This document shows positions 60,537 to 64,000 of a stretch of 64,000 nucleotides of DNA, piece after piece. Within the stretch, counting starts at the first letter, position 1. Each line of letters begins with the position of its first letter. This DNA is from Candidatus Bathyarchaeota archaeon. Its GTDB lineage: Archaea; Thermoproteota; Bathyarchaeia; Bathyarchaeales; Bathycorpusculaceae. The position numbers and the translations under genes are program-made. Below the pieces are notes generated by a model. That model saw only the letters and a program-made list of their open reading frames with translations. It made no database searches and was not told the origin of the DNA. Where the stretch lies: positions 43,810 to 107,809 of the forward strand of contig CAVPJA010000004.1 of the NCBI GenBank assembly GCA_963705145.1. Direction: 5' to 3'.

Positions 60537-60645
60537 GCCGGGGTAGCCTAGCCTGGCTAGGGCGCCAGACTCATAATCTGGAGTTTGTCAGGGGCAAGCG
60601 TCCTACAACCAGAAGTCGCGGGCTCGAATCCCGTCCCCGGCACCA
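60537..60645 (+). tRNA. tRNA-Met(CAT), elongator type, with a 31-nt intron (60584-60614) at position 45/46; CCA encoded
   Basis: Acceptor GCCGGGG/CCCCGGC, anticodon arm CCAGA-CTCATAA-TCTGG, T arm GCGGG-CTCGAAT-CCCGT; splicing yields variable loop AGGTC. Confidence 0.9.
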
Positions 60646-60865
60646 CTTTTCAAAATCTTCTTTTTTAAAGAAACCGTATAGATGGACTCGACCAATCCAT
60701 TGTCCAATACTTGATATCTTTTTAGTATTTGTAGGAGTTTCAGAGTAATTCATTCATTAACTATTAACCCAAGTAGAACCTGACGATAGGCTACACTGAA
60801 TGACTTCAGAGTTTTTTCAATCAACAACTTATTAAACTAAGTCAGCAACGTACCACAAACTTCGT

Positions 60866-60989
60866 CCACAACCACAACAACAACCAAACAAACCCCAAAC
60901 CACAACCCAAAACAAAAAACAAACCCACCACAAACCCCCCCAAAAAAACAAACACACAAGAAAACCCACAACAACAACCAAACAAGAAC
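60866..60989. repeat. A/C-only low-complexity tract
   Basis: 124 nt with no T and only two G; 60866-60959 is purely A/C. Confidence 0.8.
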
Positions 60990-61215
60990 TTGTCTATGAA
61001 GATTTTTCAGCACTTTCTAATACGCAAGTTTCAGTCTTTAAAAAGCCTACGCATAAGCAACCTAAAACAACTGACCATTTGTCAAACGTAACCGCTGTTT
61101 TTCTTCAAACAAACAAATATTTCAATCTACAATTCATTAAACGGAAACTGGAAAAACTCTCATAAAGGCAAGAGTTTTTACCTTTAAAACCAAATTATTC
61201 CAGGAGCAAAACCAT

Positions 61216-62829
61216 TTGAAAAATAATACACCCTGGTTTGACAGCTGGCCTGCTGGAGTACCGAAACATATTGAGTATCTAAAGACTCCGCTGCAAGAAA
61301 TCCTAAAAAAAACTGCGGATGTTTACCCAGAAAATGCCGCCATAGTATATGGTGAACAGGAAATCAGTTATGCAAAATTAGAAGCCCTCTCAAACCAGTT
61401 TGCAAATGCACTTGCCAAGTTAAGAGTGGAGAAAGGAAATAAAGTAGCAGTTTTTTTGCCAAATATACCTCATTTTGTCATTGCGTATTTTGGGGCTCTT
61501 AAGGTGGGTGCGGTTGTAACAGCGATTAGTCCTTTGCATCGCGAACGCGAAGTTGAGTATCAATTGGTAGATTCTGGTGCTCAAACCATAATAGCGCTTG
61601 ATTCCCTTAGTCCGATTGTTGAGAAAGTTAGGGAAAAAACCCAGGTTAAACACGTAATAATTACAGGGTTAGCCGAAAACGTTACTTTTCCAAGGGCTCC
61701 AAAAGTCTTGATATTAGACCAGTTGATTGAAAACAGCCCAAAAACACCTCCAAAAGTTAAGATTAATCCATTTGAAGATTTAGCAGCGTTGCAGTACACT
61801 GGCGGCACATCAGGAACCGCAAAAGGTGCCATGCTAACCCACCTTAATCTGCTCTCTAACGCCCTCGCCTTCGCCGCATGGATACGAGGAGCAGAAGCCA
61901 AAGAAACCTTCCTAACTGTCTTGCCGCTTTTTCACATTTACGGCATGACAACCAGCATGACAGTACCCATCAGCCTTGCAGCCAAAATGGTGTTACTTCC
62001 AAGATTTGAGCCAGCCAAAGTCCTACAAACAATTGAAAAGTGCAAAATCTCAGTTTTTTGCGGTGTCCCAACCATGTATCAAGCACTTCTCGCCAGCCCT
62101 GAACTGAGAAAATACGATTTAACTTCAATTCGCGTTTGCATATCAGGCGCGTCTTCATTGCCGCCGCAGGTTCAAAAGCAGTTTATGCAGGTTACGGGTG
62201 GGCTTTTAGCTGAAGGTTACGGATTGACAGAGGCATCGCCTGTTACACATTGCAGCCCAGTTGACAGGTCTATGCGAACGGTGAGGGTGGGCTCTATTGG
62301 GTTGCCGCTGCCAGATACAGAAGCCAAAATTGTTGACGTGGAAACTGGCAAAATAACCCTTAGTCAAGGTGAGAAGGGTGAATTGGCTGTGAAAGGACCA
62401 CAAATTATGAAAGGCTATTGGAATAAGCCCCAAGAAACCGCTTTGGTGCTTCGTGAAGGGTGGCTTTTAACAGGAGACATCGCTTGGATGAACGCTGACG
62501 GCTACTTTTACATTACTGACCGCAAGAAAGACCTAATCAAGACTAAGGATTACAGCGTTTATCCGCGGGAACTTGAAGATGTCATATATGAGCATCCAGC
62601 GGTGAAGATCTGCGCGGTCGTTGGCAAACCGGACGCATTGGCGGGCGAAGTTCCAAAGGCTTTCATAGTGCTGAAAGAAGGCATAGCTTCCTCGGCTGAT
62701 GAAATCATGTCTTTCGTAAACGCCAAAGTGGCTCTCTACAAAGCTATACGCGAAGTCGAATTCAAAAAAGAACTACCCCTCAGCGCAGCAGGTAAAGTAT
62801 TGAAGCGACTGCTCCAAGAAAAACCCTAA
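61216..62829 (+). CDS. Long-chain fatty acid--CoA ligase
   Basis: YTGGTSGTAKG, LPLFH, EGYGLTEASP, TGDI, GKVLKR. Confidence 0.92.
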   Translation: MKNNTPWFDSWPAGVPKHIEYLKTPLQEILKKTADVYPENAAIVYGEQEISYAKLEALSNQFANALAKLRVEKGNKVAVFLPNIPHFVIAYFGALKVGAVVTAISPLHREREVEYQLVDSGAQTIIALDSLSPIVEKVREKTQVKHVIITGLAENVTFPRAPKVLILDQLIENSPKTPPKVKINPFEDLAALQYTGGTSGTAKGAMLTHLNLLSNALAFAAWIRGAEAKETFLTVLPLFHIYGMTTSMTVPISLAAKMVLLPRFEPAKVLQTIEKCKISVFCGVPTMYQALLASPELRKYDLTSIRVCISGASSLPPQVQKQFMQVTGGLLAEGYGLTEASPVTHCSPVDRSMRTVRVGSIGLPLPDTEAKIVDVETGKITLSQGEKGELAVKGPQIMKGYWNKPQETALVLREGWLLTGDIAWMNADGYFYITDRKKDLIKTKDYSVYPRELEDVIYEHPAVKICAVVGKPDALAGEVPKAFIVLKEGIASSADEIMSFVNAKVALYKAIREVEFKKELPLSAAGKVLKRLLQEKP

Positions 62830-63138
62830 GCTTTACTCTTTTTACTTCCAAAGCCTAAGCACCGCTTTTTCTCCCATCCAAGCAAAAAACAAAATAACAA
62901 AGAAGGGACCTAAAAAATGCTCGAAGACAAAGGCGTTGTTGGCAGTTGCTGCTTTTTCCAAAACTTCCGGATAAAGGGCGACGCCTCAAATTACTAAGGC
63001 AGACGTCAAAAGAAAGACGACAGCAAACTTAACCCACTTCATGCATCTTGATGGGAAATTGTTTGGTTTAGCTTTACCAATATTTTTCGAAATGTATAAG
63101 AGAAAAACCCGGTTCTCAGTTAAGTTAAGGTTTAGTCT

Positions 63139-64000
63139 TTGCGTGTCAAACTCAGCGTTACTGGCATCGTGCAAGGCGTCGGTTTCCGCCCATTCATCTA
63201 CCGCATAGCTGTACAAAATGATTTGGCAGGTTACGTGCGCAACAGAGGCGACGCAGGCGTTGAGGTGCTACTTGAGGGTGAAGAAGAAAAGATCCAAATT
63301 TTTATGCGCGACTTAACTGAACAGAAGCCGCCGCTAGCCCAAATAGAAAAAATTAACCACACCATGCTTTCAGGCAAAAACGAATACGAACAATTCACCA
63401 TTTTTAAAAGTTCCCTAGAAGCGGAAAACTCAGGCTCAATTATCCCATCCGACATAGCCATCTGCAACCAATGCCTCAAAGAACTACGCGACCTCAAAGA
63501 CCACCGCTTTGAATACTTTTTTATTACTTGCACAGATTGCGGTCCACGCTTCACTATTATTGAGCGCTTGCCCTACGACCGGGAAAACACCACCATGCGC
63601 GAGTTTCTGTTATGTGGTTTTTGCCAAAAAGAATACGCGGACCAAGAAAACAGGAGGTTTCACGCGCAGACAGTGGCGTGCCAAACCTGCGGTCCCAAAG
63701 CGTATTTAACGACAAACACGGGCGAGCCAATCAAAACCAAAGACCCGGTGCGGATGGCTGGGAAGCTGCTTTCGGAAGGCAATATTCTTGCTTTAAAAGG
63801 CTTCGGCGGCTTCCACATTGCCTCATCAACTATGTTGGAGCAGTCCCTGCTTAGGCTTCGAACCACTAAGCACCGACAAGAAAAACCCTTCGCAATCATG
63901 GCAAAAAGTCTCCAAGCTGTACAAACCTTCGCTGAAGTTGGCTCAAAGGAAATAGAGCTTCTTACATCCTCTGCACGCCCAATCGTCTTGTTAAACAAAA
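63139..64000 (+). CDS. hypF: Hydrogenase maturation carbamoyltransferase, 3'-truncated by window edge
   Basis: TTG start; GIVQGVGFRPF acylphosphatase domain, DIAICNQC, CTDCGPR, RRFHAQTVACQTCGP, KGFGGFH. Confidence 0.93.
   Translation, partial: MRVKLSVTGIVQGVGFRPFIYRIAVQNDLAGYVRNRGDAGVEVLLEGEEEKIQIFMRDLTEQKPPLAQIEKINHTMLSGKNEYEQFTIFKSSLEAENSGSIIPSDIAICNQCLKELRDLKDHRFEYFFITCTDCGPRFTIIERLPYDRENTTMREFLLCGFCQKEYADQENRRFHAQTVACQTCGPKAYLTTNTGEPIKTKDPVRMAGKLLSEGNILALKGFGGFHIASSTMLEQSLLRLRTTKHRQEKPFAIMAKSLQAVQTFAEVGSKEIELLTSSARPIVLLNK

Noticed and set aside
60485-60753. ORFs of 87 and 60 aa in the track
   Set aside because: They overlap the tRNA-Met gene and are spurious.
62986-63998. Several short ORFs near the window end
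   Set aside because: Shadows of hypF, which the track missed because it has no stop codon in the window.
1-64000. CRISPR arrays, transposases/integrases, rRNA; also the many antisense ORFs within housekeeping genes
   Set aside because: No regularly spaced repeats, DDE or tyrosine-recombinase motifs, or rRNA-like sequence were seen by eye. The antisense ORFs are codon-bias shadows.

Overview
This is an archaeal chromosomal segment. Gene content and sequence style suggest Bathyarchaeia/TACK, which is an inference. About 1-9 kb is an AT-richer accessory zone: a partial SF1 helicase, Zn-ribbon proteins, a degenerate PLD-fold protein, a DUF2400-nuclease fusion, an arrestin-like protein and several unannotated micro-ORFs. 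About 9-16 kb holds a group 3b [NiFe] (sulf)hydrogenase operon with fused beta-gamma subunits, followed by a Pat-type acetyltransferase. About 16-57 kb is a ~41-kb amino-acid biosynthesis supercluster: thr/hom/lysC, an ACT regulator, arg/car, methanogen-type homocysteine genes, the archaeal DKFP-shikimate-Tyr operon, pheA-leu-ilv and cimA. After that come RPA, Hsp20, an intron-containing tRNA-Met, an acyl-CoA ligase and a partial hypF. The standout signal is an unannotated 28-codon leader ORF ending in FLSFDYYFYYYHFP (30874-30960). It is followed by alternative hairpins around a U7 tract and sits directly ahead of the aromatic amino-acid operon, so it is a candidate ribosome-dependent Tyr/Phe attenuator in an archaeon. 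A second, weaker leader ORF precedes the ilv-leu genes. Several conserved genes carry single-base frameshifts that are most simply assembly indels.
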